Shown here piece by piece: positions 12,616-26,525 of a DNA stretch of 64,000 bases. Source of the DNA: Octopus vulgaris (lineage: Eukaryota); NCBI GenBank assembly GCA_951406725.2, contig OX597817.1, positions 140,182,001 to 140,246,000 on the forward strand, given 5' to 3'. The position numbers and the translations under genes are program-made. How positions within the stretch are numbered: position 1 is the first letter of the stretch; each line of letters opens with the position of its first letter. Under the pieces are notes generated by a model, which was given only the letters and a program-made list of their open reading frames with translations, made no database searches and was not told the DNA's origin.

Positions 12616-12927
12616 AAATGAAGAAAATGCTGACAAAATAATTTAAGTAAGGGAGAGTGTATTTAATTAGGTGAAAGTTCTTTTTACCGGTTGCGCATTT
12701 GTTATGCTTATCAAAATATATTTTTTAAGAGAGATAGAGTTCCTTTCTGATAGATTTTTTTCTCTTATCAGATAAGAGAAAAAAATTTATCAGAAAGGAA
12801 CTCTATCTCTCTTTAAAAATATCTTTTGATAAGCATAACAAATGCGCAACTGGTAAAAAGAACTTTCACCTAATTAAATACACTCTCTCTTACTTAAATT
12901 ATTTTGTCAGCATTTTCTTCATTTCCT
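12613..12927. mobile_element. About 315-bp fold-back element with a variant hammerhead in each arm (12680-12718 minus, 12822-12860 plus)
   Basis: Arms are reverse complements centred near 12770. Motif: UUGAUAA-GCAU-AACAA-AUGC-GCAA-C(C/U)GG-UA. Confidence 0.8.
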
Positions 12928-13105
12928 TTTTTTATATATGACAACTCGTGTTCCACATCTCCTTTTTTAAATATATATATATATATATATATACAAAATG
13001 AGACAAGAACGCAAAGCATTCAGAAGACGATCCAAATAACACGGACTGGTCATTCGAAGCCTTCAATCTTCAGTCAAGAACCGGATCATCCTCGCAATTT
13101 CGGCT

Positions 13106-13142
<37 letters not shown>

Positions 13143-13145
<3 letters not shown>

Positions 13146-13282
13146 TGTTGTGTCTGGAGAGACCCATTCTCTTTTAGTGCCTTATAATTTAGCACACTCA
13201 CCGGTAAAATTTCCACTCATTTATTTATTTTTCTAAAAATTTCGTTGCGTCTTGCAATGGCTGTTGACTCTCAACAACTATT
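13143..13282. mobile_element. (TA)n-flanked Penelope-type pLTR fragment with an inverted, truncated UUGAAAA hammerhead; relative at 57560-57815
   Basis: Shares UUGCAAGA(C/G)GCAACGAAA and flanking sequence with the 57.6-kb copy. Confidence 0.55.
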
Positions 13283-13300
13283 GAAAAGGCTGCAAGACGC

Positions 13301-13344
<44 letters not shown>

Positions 13345-13348
<4 letters not shown>

Positions 13349-13493
13349 AGATTTTACGAAATAACAAGAAGAAGACAGGTGGTGTACAAAACAAACAGAT
13401 GTATTAGTATAATGCTCAGGGATAGAAAAAGTCTTTTACGTTTCGAGCCTAAGCTCTTCTACAGAAGAGGACACAGAAAAAACAAGGAGAGAA

Positions 13494-13496
<3 letters not shown>
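13345..13496 (-). mobile_element. Solo Penelope pLTR-like module in (TA)n with a CUGUAGA-core hammerhead (13433-13468)
   Basis: Reverse complement of 49478-49628, which lies directly downstream of a Penelope ORF. Confidence 0.85.
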
Positions 13497-13558
<62 letters not shown>

Positions 13559-13959
13559 GAGAGAGGGGGAGAGATAAATATAGACAGAGACAGGGACAGA
13601 GAGAAAGAAAGACAGACAAGCAGAACATGAGGCAAGATTGATAGATAGATAAACGCACAAGCTTTGTAACCTTTTTGTATGACACGTTTTGCATTGTGTA
13701 CATATGGACCCTTGTGAGCAATAAAGAAAGGACTACTACTACTACTACTACTACTATTATTATTTGCAATGTCATTGTCCAACAGCTCATTTGTCAGTAT
13801 CGACAATCAGTGGAGTGAATGAATGGACCACAAACTGAGGATTGGTTTGCTTGCACAACGTAAATGGATACATGTACATATATTCATGTACATATATATA
13901 CATGCATTTATATGCACACACATATATACATGAGCAAATATGCATTCAATCATGCATAC

Positions 13960-15610
<1,651 letters not shown>

Positions 15611-16401
15611 TAAGAATAATGCGATTGAGTACATGTGTAGGATTTGGTTAAAATTCCTGTCTTGTTTATCTTGGCATGGTGAATACAGCTGCTGTTGCTA
15701 CTGTGGCTACTACTGCTGATGATCTTTTCTCGTTTTATTTATTCCTTTTAATTATAATATTCGATCATAGGTTCTTGTTTACTTTACCACAAATGGAATC
15801 AATAACACGCTAAGAACGTATATTCTTGATTTCTTTCTCAGACCACACTCCCGTGTGTCAATTTGCAGACGAGAAATGAAAGGTGTGTCTGCTAATGTAG
15901 GTGTTTTGTGTAGTATATAAAACACTCCTCCGAAATAGCAAAGACGTGGTTCTCAACTGGAAGACTAAGTTTCTTCTATAGGAGTGGGGGGGGGGGGCTT
16001 TTCTAGGTAGTTGTGGACTATTGAACAGCTGGTAGTTCTTAAGAAGTCTTTTGTGTCTCTTTTTGTTCTGCTTATTCCATTTTGGAATAAGCAGGTCAAA
16101 AGGTGACACTTGGGACAGAGAGTCACTGATAAGGGCACAGCATGTGTGACGAAATAACATTGGCAGACAAATAAAATAAATTTAAGACGAATAAAACCAG
16201 TGGAGATCGAATAAATAGTGTCTTTGTTTAATGGGCAAAACATGACCATCCCCGAGTATAACAGTATCTGTATCAAAACACGTGTTCACATTCAAGGATC
16301 TTGAAAAACAAATGCCTAAACGTGTTTATATATATATATATAAAACCACTATTAGGCAAATCAAACAGTGAAAATCATAAACCAATACATAGAAGTAAAA
16401 T

Positions 16402-16446
<45 letters not shown>

Positions 16447-16521
16447 CAGCGTGGAAGGTCTTTATAAGCCATTTAAGAAACACACAAAAGCCGTTCGATT
16501 CACTTCAACATTTAAGTTTAA

Positions 16522-16571
16522 TTTGTCAAAATATTTTCGTCGCTAAAATCCGCGACCTGTTCACTGACAAA
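16522..16571 (-). ncRNA. Minimal type I hammerhead with a swapped G3:C8 core
   Basis: Minus strand: UUUGUCA-GUGAACA-G-GUCGC-GGAUUUUA-GCGAC-GAAA-AUAU-UU-UGACAAA. Stem I 7 bp, stem II 5 bp, palindromic stem III AAUAUU. It lies in a roughly 165-bp (TA)n-flanked element (16445-16610). Confidence 0.8.
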
Positions 16572-17018
16572 GTCCGTGCTGCATCTAAGAAAGTAACAGT
16601 TAGTTCGTCATATATATGTACGTATGTATGTGTGTATGTCATACACACATTTGAACGAACCCAGGGCGGATTACTTGCGTCAGAATAGGCTGCTAAAAGA
16701 CATCATTCTATTTCCAGACGATGGAAGTGATCTAACAGCTTATGTTTGAGACATTAATATAAAAATCATCTCAGAATTTGTCAGAAAAGATGATACAAGA
16801 AAAGAACCAGATCATTGCTTCGATTTCAGAAGACGAAATACTGGAGGCTTAAACAGCAAATCCATTATTTGAATTTCTGAATTTTAAATTTTAATTATTT
16901 TTATAATCAACGAATCTTGTAGCAGCAATTATCTCTAAGAAGAGCCAATATAAATATTGGTTGGGTTGCTGGTTGTTTGATTGGTTTCTCCAGTCACGCT
17001 TTACCTAATAGGGAAGAG

Positions 17019-17054
<36 letters not shown>

Positions 17055-17417
17055 GGAGAGAGAGTGAAAAAGAGATAGGGTTAATATAAGAGGTACAGGA
17101 TGAATGTATTAAAACTCATTTCTAATGAAATTTTGTAGAAATGGGTTGTTGTTAGAGTAGATTGCAATAATGTTGATAAAATTTAGCGAAAAAAATTAAC
17201 ATCTATTGTAAATATACAGAGGAGAAATTGGTTTTTAAAATTTCACTTTCTAAAATAAGGTTCTTTTGAAACATATCATGCGTTTCATCATTTTGTATTA
17301 AGCCCAAGAAGTTTGATAAAATACAAATTATAACTATTGTACGTATGGTATATTTCATGATATTACAGTGCCAAAAGTTTGCTTTCAAAGTATACTTTTG
17401 TCATGTATACACACACA

Positions 17418-17479
<62 letters not shown>

Positions 17480-17547
17480 TATATATATATATATATATAA
17501 AAACACTCACACACACATACACACACATATATACATATATATATGTA

Positions 17548-17645
<98 letters not shown>

Positions 17646-17677
17646 CATGACAAAAGTATACTTTGAAAGCAAACTTT

Positions 17678-17734
<57 letters not shown>

Positions 17735-17912
17735 AGGGCTTAGTAAAATAAATTACTTTGCCACATACTGAACTCATTAGAAATAGCAGCTAAAGAAATT
17801 TCTTCAGCTATTTCTAATACTTAAAGAAGATCTCTCTCAGATAGTGTTTGCCTAAACCAACTCACAAAGGTATGGGGGAAAAAACATTAAAAAATCAAGT
17901 GCAAAGGTTATT

Positions 17913-17964
17913 TGAGAACGTACGTTTCTAGATTAGTCAATTCGACATTTCTTTCGTCAGCTCA
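17913..17964 (-). ncRNA. Minimal type I hammerhead (mirror copy of 18840-18891)
   Basis: Reverse complement of 18840-18891. Confidence 0.72.
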
Positions 17965-18839
17965 GAATTCCTTGAATCGGATTTGGGAACACTGAAAGTT
18001 GGGAGCATACCCTTTCGGCTTCTTATCACTTCTAGAATTCTGCTCGAACTAAAAGTGCTACCAAATTCGAATATGCAAGCGAAGAATTTCTGCTCTCCCC
18101 TTTCCACCAGCGTGGGTTAAAATTGACAAACACCATGTATTAACGGTGAAAACCGCAGCATTTAACAGAGAAAGATGAATTATAATTTCAACAATTGAGG
18201 GTAAAATTAATTAATTATTAATCAATTTCACCAAGTATTCAGTATGTAAAGGGACCATTTTAGGCGAATTCAAAATATTACATTATATATAAGGGCTTAG
18301 TAAAATAAATTACTTTGCCACATACTGAACTCATTAGAAATAGCAGCTAAAGAAATTTCTTCAGCTATTTCTAATACCTTTGTGAGTTGGTTTAGGCAAA
18401 CACTATCTGAGAGAGATCTTCTTTAAGTATTAGAAATAGCTGAAGAAATTTCTTTAGCTGCTATTTCTAATGAGTTCAGTATGTGGCAAAGTAATTTATT
18501 TTACTAAGCCCTTATATATAATGTAATATTTTGAATTCGCCTAAAATGGTCCCTTTACATACTGAATACTTGGTGAAATTGATTAATAATTAATTAATTT
18601 TACCCTCAATTGTTGAAATTATAATTCATCTTTCTCTGTTAAATGCTGCGGTTTTCACCGTTAATACATGGTGTTTGTCAATTTTAACCCACGCTGGTGG
18701 AAAGGGGAGAGCAGAAATTCTTCGCTTGCATATTCGAATTTGGTAGCACTTTTAGTTCGAGCAGAATTCTAGAAGTGATAAGAAGCCGAAAGGGTATGCT
18801 CCCAACTTTCAGTGTTCCCAAATCCGATTCAAGGAATTC

Positions 18840-18891
18840 TGAGCTGACGAAAGAAATGTCGAATTGACTAATCTAGAAACGTACGTTCTCA
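18840..18891 (+). ncRNA. Minimal type I hammerhead with palindromic stem III
   Basis: UGAG-CUGACGA-(imperfect stem II AAGAAAUGUC/GACUAAUCUA)-GAAA-CGUACG-UU-CUCA. Confidence 0.72.
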
Positions 18892-19172
18892 AATAACCTT
18901 TGCACTTGATTTTTTAATGTTTTTTCCCCCATACCTTTGTGAGTTGGTTTAGGCAAGCACTATCTGAGAGAGATCTTCTTTAAGTATTAGAAATAGCTGA
19001 AGAAATTTCTTTAGCTGCTATTTCTAATGAGTTCAGTATGTGGCAAAGTAATTTATTTTACTAAGCCCTTATATATAATGTAATATTTTGAATTCGCCTA
19101 AAATGGTCCCTTTACATACTGAATACTTGGTGAAATTGATTAATAATTAATTAATTTTACCCTCAATTGTTG

Positions 19173-19217
<45 letters not shown>

Positions 19218-20169
19218 ATATATGTATATATGTATATATATGTATATATATATGTATATATATGTATATATATGTATATATATATGACGGGTAACATTCT
19301 AGCATATATATTTTCATAAAAAAGGTTTCGTGACATCTCGTGCAGTATTACTGGAAGTAATAGAGATTTAGTAATAATACAAATAATAAGATTATTGTCG
19401 CTTTTCGCATGAAAATTCGAACTAAAGGAAAGAATAGCTTAAAAATTAGTGGCAACCTTGTTTTATCAGTCACATGTGTCTTCAGCAATATTACGAACAA
19501 CACGTTTTCCGCACGTTCGATTATTATCGATTTTCTACAAGTTTAAATTATAATTTGAAATCCCACGGCGTACGTAAATAGCCCTTGTGACGCACGCAAG
19601 TTTAACATAACAATGTTTCTAACTTATAACATTATTAGGCTTCACTTTCTTTACGAAGTGGAGCAATACACCCTCACACACACACACACACATATATATA
19701 TTTCCTCTTGAATTTCCCTTTCAACACCTCATCCGGTATTTTTCTTCTTAGTAACTTTTCCTCTTTCACAATTATCCTTCATTTTTTTTCAATACTTTTC
19801 TTTTGAAGATGGAAGAAGAGTCGCTGAAATGTTAAGAATTTATTATGATCCTTTTAAAAGACTGAAACATTATTCAATGAATCTTGTTCCTCTTGTGTTG
19901 CCATTTCCCATTATATTCTGCCTTCACAAGTTCACTATACTTCCATACATAAATACATACATACATAAATACATACATACATAGATATGAACGCACGTAT
20001 GTAAGTATGCATATATATATGCATGTACGTACGTACGTATGTATGTATGTATGTATGTATGTATGTATGTATGTATGTATGTATGTATGTATGTATGTAT
20101 GTATGTGTGTGTGTGTATGTGTATATGTATGTGTGTGTGTGTATGTATGTATGTATGTATGTATGTATG

Positions 20170-20722
20170 TTAGGTCACTTGCGAGTGCTACTGGTAACAT
20201 GTAACCCAATACAACCTGTTGCATGGTCGGGTCGTCGGCGACTAAACAGGCAACTCCACCAAGCTTGCTTGGTGAGGAGGGTGTTTATTGGACACCCTGC
20301 GGGATGAAAAACAAAACCCGTCAAAGGGCGGAGGAACTCTTGAGCGTCAACGGTCATCCAATAAATGCCTTAAGGCTGTATCATGCGCGGGGACATAGAA
20401 ATAATCGGACTGAATACCCGATCGCGCGGTTAAACCATTGGGAGTGAAGGACTCCTAGCTTTTGTTAGGGCATCTTTCTAGGAGAAGGTAACTCAGGTAA
20501 CTGGAATAACTCCGACATAAAACCTGCGGCTCAATTGTTACCGATGATGTTGACTTGTTCTTCTTTTCGGATTATGGCTGCTGTTGCTTAGTGAGTGAGA
20601 TTGACTCAGTGCACAGCCTTTCCTCACTTTAAAAGAAATCTTCTTGCAGAGGCATTGCACGATAACAACATTGATTAAGCTTCGTGCAATGGCCATATTC
20701 GATAACGAGGAGGCAGCCACCA
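20170..20722 (+). mobile_element. Non-autonomous RTE-derived element (5' UTR-like part plus short 3' tail) in (TATG)n
   Basis: Contains GGGCATCTTTCTAGGAGAAGGTAACTC, which resembles RTE 5' UTR motifs, and ends ...ACGAGGAGGCAGCCACCA. Second copy at 44314-44763. Confidence 0.65.
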
Positions 20723-20744
20723 TGTATGTACGTACGTATGTGTA

Positions 20745-20910
20745 TAACTTGACAACAGCTCTTGATGGTCCGAATCAGATATGCAATCTACGTGGGTGTC
20801 TTTTCAATACATTGTCTAGTTTAAAGAGCCACATCAAACGCCATGATGGATCTATGATGTAGGTACAAGAGATGGCCAGACTCGGCATGAGGAGTAGACA
20901 ACCACCACGT
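20745..20910 (+). mobile_element. RTE LINE extreme 3' end (decayed terminal zinc finger)
   Basis: ICNLRGCLFNTLSSLKSHIKRH followed by a short tail ending GACAACCACCA. Confidence 0.55.
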
Positions 20911-21317
20911 CTGTATATGTGTATATAATCTTCAGTGTGTCGTAAGTCAAAAATATTGAAGACCTCTTCTGCGACAATTGCAACGCAAGCTTCCTAGAAA
21001 TGTATTTATGTAACTTAGTTCTGCAATGTTTTGTTGCCGACATACGAAATCCTTTTGGAACCCTATTCTAATAGAATATTTTTTTTTCTGATACTCAATC
21101 ATGTCTGTATTCCATAGCAACGTTGGAGTAATTCAGTCAGGTATGGTTGTGGTCACCACTGGCCAAAGTCTGACGAAGTTTATCTGAGTTTATTAAAAAT
21201 ATTTATTACAATTTACCTATGTTTACGAACAGTGCACAACTTTTAGACTTGCTTCCGGTTCAAATCGAATCTACATTTTGTTTTATTCAATAAAAAGTTT
21301 TACCAGATACACATACC

Positions 21318-21865
<548 letters not shown>

Positions 21866-21878
21866 CACAGATACATGC

Positions 21879-21931
<53 letters not shown>

Positions 21932-22004
21932 TGTATACATACATACATATGTACATATGTACACATACATTCGCATAGATATACTTGTGTGTGTATACAC
22001 ATAC

Positions 22005-22048
<44 letters not shown>

Positions 22049-22056
22049 TATATATA

Positions 22057-22897
22057 CTAGCAGAATTGCCCGGCGTTGCTCGGGGCTGAATTGCTTGAAA
22101 GTACTGTTAATGATTGCACTGAATTATGATGATTATTCAGGCAAATATTGATATAAGTTTACGGTGGGAGATAAGGACTTAACGATCAAACGTGTGCCAT
22201 TGCATTGTTTTGGGGGAACCAAATTTCTGATGAGCATTATAGGGGCACCAACTTTAAGTTTGAGAAAGTGTGGTGGTAGTCCGGGGTGCTCAAAGGAATT
22301 GAGTACCTCTATTGGATAGTTGATGACGTCCTCTGGGTCAGGAGTTGTATCGATAGACTGATATACATAGACTTCCCCAGGAATGAGTTTTAGCATTTCA
22401 TCATTAATATGGTGAACAGTTTTATTCCTCGGGGCCAGTATAGCCTTTTTGCCAATCCAATCCATATTCTGATAATTAGCTTGTAGATCTGGGAACACTG
22501 CATCTTTGAGATAAGAAGGCGTCTTAACAATGTTACAAATGGAATCGATGGCAATATTACCATTTTCATCCCCTGGTATTTTGCCTTCGCCAAGTGCAAG
22601 GAGGGTGTGAGGAAATGCTGCTGATGTGATATTACGTCGCATATGAGCACGCATATTGGTGTGAAGTTTGAGAGTTACTTCCTTTTATTAAAAAAATATG
22701 CATTAAAATGGAAAAAATGATAGTAAATTATTTGTAAAATCATAGACTCATCGTAGACGCGCGCTAATACCCAGAAGGGCTCGATATGAATCACGACTAT
22801 AAGATACCCGGTTTTGGTTAAACTGCATCGCAAAATGTGGGAGTAGTTAGGAATCTAAATCGGAGTAAACAGACACACAACCTTTCTTTTATATATA
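22057..22897 (-). mobile_element. Helitron, internally deleted, carrying a PIF1 helicase fragment (22133-22680)
   Basis: KAILAPRN..V..IN, SID, YPIEVLNS...GLPPHFLKLKVGAPIMLIRNL...CNGTRLIV. The 3' hairpin CCCGAGCAACGCCGGG is followed by CTAG at 22057. Confidence 0.93.
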
Positions 22898-23219
22898 AAT
22901 ATTTTCGTCCTAAAAAACTTTGTATGGATTGAATGGTTACCTGTATGGAAATATATACACGCACATTATACATACATGTGTGTATAGATGAATATATAAA
23001 TACATTTAAATATCTATATACACTTTTGGGCGATCTTTCTGTTTCTTAGAGATAACTTTATCCCGTCCGATACAGGGACATGTAGAATGAGGTGACGATG
23101 CTCGTGGGCTACCTTAGAAATCCCTATCTTAAAACGTGTGGTTGCTAGGGGCCATCTTCCTCACTCACCCTACTTCCTCCAGTACCCTGTCACTCCTCTT
23201 CATTTGACAAGCCACTACG

Positions 23220-23683
23220 GTTATTTAATGTAAAGTCTTCCTCAAATCACTCTCTCGCTATTTACTCTCTTCCAAGAACATTTTCACTCACTCTTATCTC
23301 TTAGCTTCCCATACATTTTACTCATGTATCTATCAGCGTCATAGACAGAAACAAATATTACATTGCCATCGCCATCGCCATCGTATTCTATTGTCTACCT
23401 GTCAACACACACACAGTGAATTACTTTCACTTTATTCGTTGCACACTGTGTGTGTGCGTGTGGTGTAGGCCACACTAAGGAAAGCATTTGACTTATACAC
23501 CACAATGTGAGTTTTCTCTAAATTTTGCTTAATTGGGGTTGAAATTTTAAAAACTGGACCTGGCACGACCCGATGCATTCTACTCTTAAAAATGCTAGGT
23601 AAATTGTAATTGAAGAAATCCTATATTGTAGATTTCTATAAGATACAAAGGGAGGCAGATAAAATCTGCCTTTTATAATAAGA
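23220..23683 (-). mobile_element. Non-autonomous Helitron 5' portion; second copy at about 25075-25475
   Basis: Minus strand starts TCTTATTATAAAAGGCAGATTTTATCTGCC; two homologous copies. Confidence 0.6.
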
Positions 23684-24321
23684 CTAGCAGTATCGCCCGG
23701 CGTTGCTCGGGTTTGTAAGGGAAATAACTATATAAGCATTTTTAGAGAGTTATAGCCAAAAAATAGCAAAAAATGCATTAAAAATGGAAAAAATATGATG
23801 GTAAATTTTTTTTTAAATCGTTGACTCATCGTAGACATTTTTAGAGAGTTACTTCCCTTATATAATAGCGAAAAAATGCATTAAAATGGAAAAAAAAACG
23901 ATGGTAAATTTTTTTTTAAATCGTAGACTCATGTAGACGCTTTCTTAGCCATTTCTGTTTTGGTGTCTTCAAGCCATGAAGTCGTTGTTCTAAAAGAACA
24001 CTGGTCTCCTTGACAACGCATTACGACGTTGATTTCCTTACACTCCCTTCCCCACAGGTGCAGGTGTGAGCGTGGACGCCAACTCCGCCGCCATCGACAC
24101 CCGAAAAATTATGCATTAAAATGGAATAAAAAATTATGTTAAATTATTTTTAAAATCGTAGACTCATCGTAGACGCGCGCTAATATTCAGACGGGCTCGA
24201 TATGAATCACAACTATAAGCTACCCGAATTTGGTTAAACTGTACCGCAAAATGTGGGAGTAGTTAGGAATCTAAATCGAAGGGGACAGACACTCACACAA
24301 CTACAGTTTTATATATATAGA
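23684..24321 (-). mobile_element. Non-autonomous Helitron
   Basis: 5' TCTATATATAAAAC and 3' hairpin plus CTAG. Shares sequence with 22680-22890 and 57874-57990. Confidence 0.88.
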
Positions 24322-24329
24322 TATACATA

Positions 24330-24705
24330 GCGCAGTAGTGGTGAGATATGACAGCAAAGAAAAGCATACATTCACTCTCTGCATGCAATTAGACTCGGAA
24401 AATTCGTGAGGAACCCATTGACCCAATTTGCTTACTTTTCCGATAGCACACAGGTGTCAATGAATGGTTGAATGACCAAATCCAAGCTTCTCTGCTAGTT
24501 CCTCAACAGTTACGATGATATTTTGTTCCACCAGGGTTTTCAGGATGTCCTTGTCGAGTTCTACAGATCTTTCAGGATGAGGCTCGTCTTCTAGGCTGTA
24601 GTTTATGGCTCAGGATTTCTGGAACCACCATTGACACTGCCTTACGCTTATTGTCCAATCCCCATATACTGCATTAATATTTCTTGTACTTTGCACACAT
24701 TTATA
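24330..24705 (-). mobile_element. Mariner transposase N-terminal remnant
   Basis: STRNINAVYGDWTISVRQCQWWFQK...NYSLEDEPHPERSVELDKDIL matches the mariner HTH region; frameshifted. Confidence 0.8.
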
Positions 24706-26399
24706 TTCTGTTATTCTTTTATATGTTTCAGCCTTGAGGTTGTGGCCATGCTGGATCATGTGTGTGTGTGTGTGTGTGTGTGTGTCTATCTGTCTGTCTG
24801 TCTGTATGTATATATGTATATGTATGTGTGTGAACAATAATATTTTCAACAGATGTGTTGCAAATGTATCTGATTGTTCTCAAGCTTCAATACTGTGTGT
24901 GTGTGTATGTGTGTGTGTGTATGTATGTATGTATATGTATGTATGTATGTATGTATATGTATGTATGTGTGTGTGTATGTATGTGTGTGTGTATGTATGT
25001 GTGTGTGTATGTGTGTATGTATGTATGTATGTATGTATGTATGTATGTATGAGTGTATGTTTACTTTATTACTAATTACTCTCTTCCAAGAACATTTTCA
25101 CTCACTCTTAGCTCTTAGCTTCCCATACATTTTACTCATGTATCTATCATCGTCATAGACAGAATACTTTCACTTTAGTCTTCCTCAAATCACTCTGTCC
25201 GCTATTTACTTTCATTTTATTCGTTGCCCACTGTGTGTGTGCGTTTGCGTGTGGTGTAAACCAGACTAAGAAAAGCATTTGACACACACACCAGAATGTG
25301 AGTTTTCTGTAAATTTTGCTTAATTGGAGTTTAAATTTTAAAAACTGGACCTGGCATGACGCGATGCATTGTACTCTTAAAAATGCCAGGTAAATTGTAA
25401 TTGAAGAAATCCTATATTGTAGATTTGTATAACTCCCAAAGGGAGGCAGATAAAATCTGCCTTTTATAATAAGAGATATATATATATATATCTGTATGTG
25501 TACGTGTGTGTGTACGTATGTGCATGTGTGAGTGTGTGTGAATGTGTGTGCGCGTGCGTCTGTTCAAGCTGATCGACTTTCCATTCTGTTACACTAAATT
25601 CTCTCTTAATTTGACAGTGAAAATGTTTCTGATTAAACTAACAGCCATTGTTTCATGAAAAAAAGAAGAACCCAATGTACTTCAAAAGGTGTTTTTACTT
25701 TTTCGTTTCATCGTGTTTACATTTACAAATTAAATAAATTAACATTAAATTAACATTTAATAAATTTCTCTCGGAGATTAAGTATTTCTTAAAATCTATC
25801 ACTTTTAATGTTTGAATCATAACGGCCCTAAACTGGAATGGTGCATTGTTAGTCTTTGATAAAAAATAGATTTGCTTTTCATTGATCTTATTATCCTAAT
25901 CTATCGCTTTTTTCACAATGTATTGTATTAGACATTGTATAATATTTTATTAATAAAAGACACTTTTTGGCAAATGGTTTTCAAGATATTTTGGTACTGA
26001 ATTTACGAAATATATGTTCAGTGGAATAATATTTCTGATCTCCTTTGGCACTGATATACCAACTTGAGTAACATAAGTGTGTGTTTGACCAAAGGTTCCA
26101 GCCTATATGAGACTGTTACTGGTTTTACGAGGTAAACTTTCAGAGAGAAAGTCGAGCACATGTTACAACAGAAAAATCTCCCATATTTTCACAGCCATTG
26201 GCATGCCTTAACAGATCTTAATGAGGTGTCTACATTTAGCTAATCGTTCATCGTTTTGTTTTTGTAACCGCTACAAACATGATTTTGACCGAAGAATACC
26301 GTCTGTTTGCCGTTGAAATATCTTGTCAACCTCTTAATTGGTGAGGATGGGGTTGCCTTGTCCCGAACATTAAAATTTTCTGTCAATTTCGGTTAATTT

Positions 26400-26525
26400 A
26401 CATTTCAGACGATGTCTTAATAAAGACAAAGCTATTTTGCTAAATTCGTCATTATTTTTGAAAATTAATTGAAACAAAGGTGTTTCGAAAAGTAAAATGG
26501 AACTCTATCGTAGCAAAAGGGTTAA
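26400..26525. mobile_element. Possible piggyBac-type MITE end
   Basis: Ends ...AAAAGGG followed by TTAA; I could not confidently find the other end. Confidence 0.3.

Larger units (their letters stand above)
17727..19180. mobile_element. Retrozyme-like or Penelope pLTR fold-back: 557-bp unit present as about 1.2 units in one orientation and about 1.45 units inverted
   Basis: AAGGGCTTAG recurs at 17734 and 18291; CCTTTGTGAG recurs at 18377 and 18934. The arms are near-identical reverse complements, there is no ORF, and both ends lie in (TA)n. Confidence 0.85.

Noticed and set aside
13040-13082. CUGAAGA...GAA on minus in the 11.9/13.0-kb repeat
   Set aside because: I could not build stems I and III or a GAAA in register.
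16093-16135. AGGTCA-AA-AGGTGA nuclear-receptor-like site and a GATA motif
   Set aside because: Short motifs expected by chance; no conservation data available.
19795-19840. Hammerhead remnant UUCUU-UUGAAGA...GAAA-UG-UU-AAGAA
   Set aside because: Stem II does not pair convincingly and the 3-8 pair is only U-G; too decayed to call.
20205-20250. HDV-like ribozyme (CCUGU...CUAA-ACAGG)
   Set aside because: Too few nucleotides for P3/L3 and P1 in this copy.
22133-22654. Host PIF1 helicase gene
   Set aside because: It is an intronless fragment bounded by Helitron termini, so it is transposon-derived.
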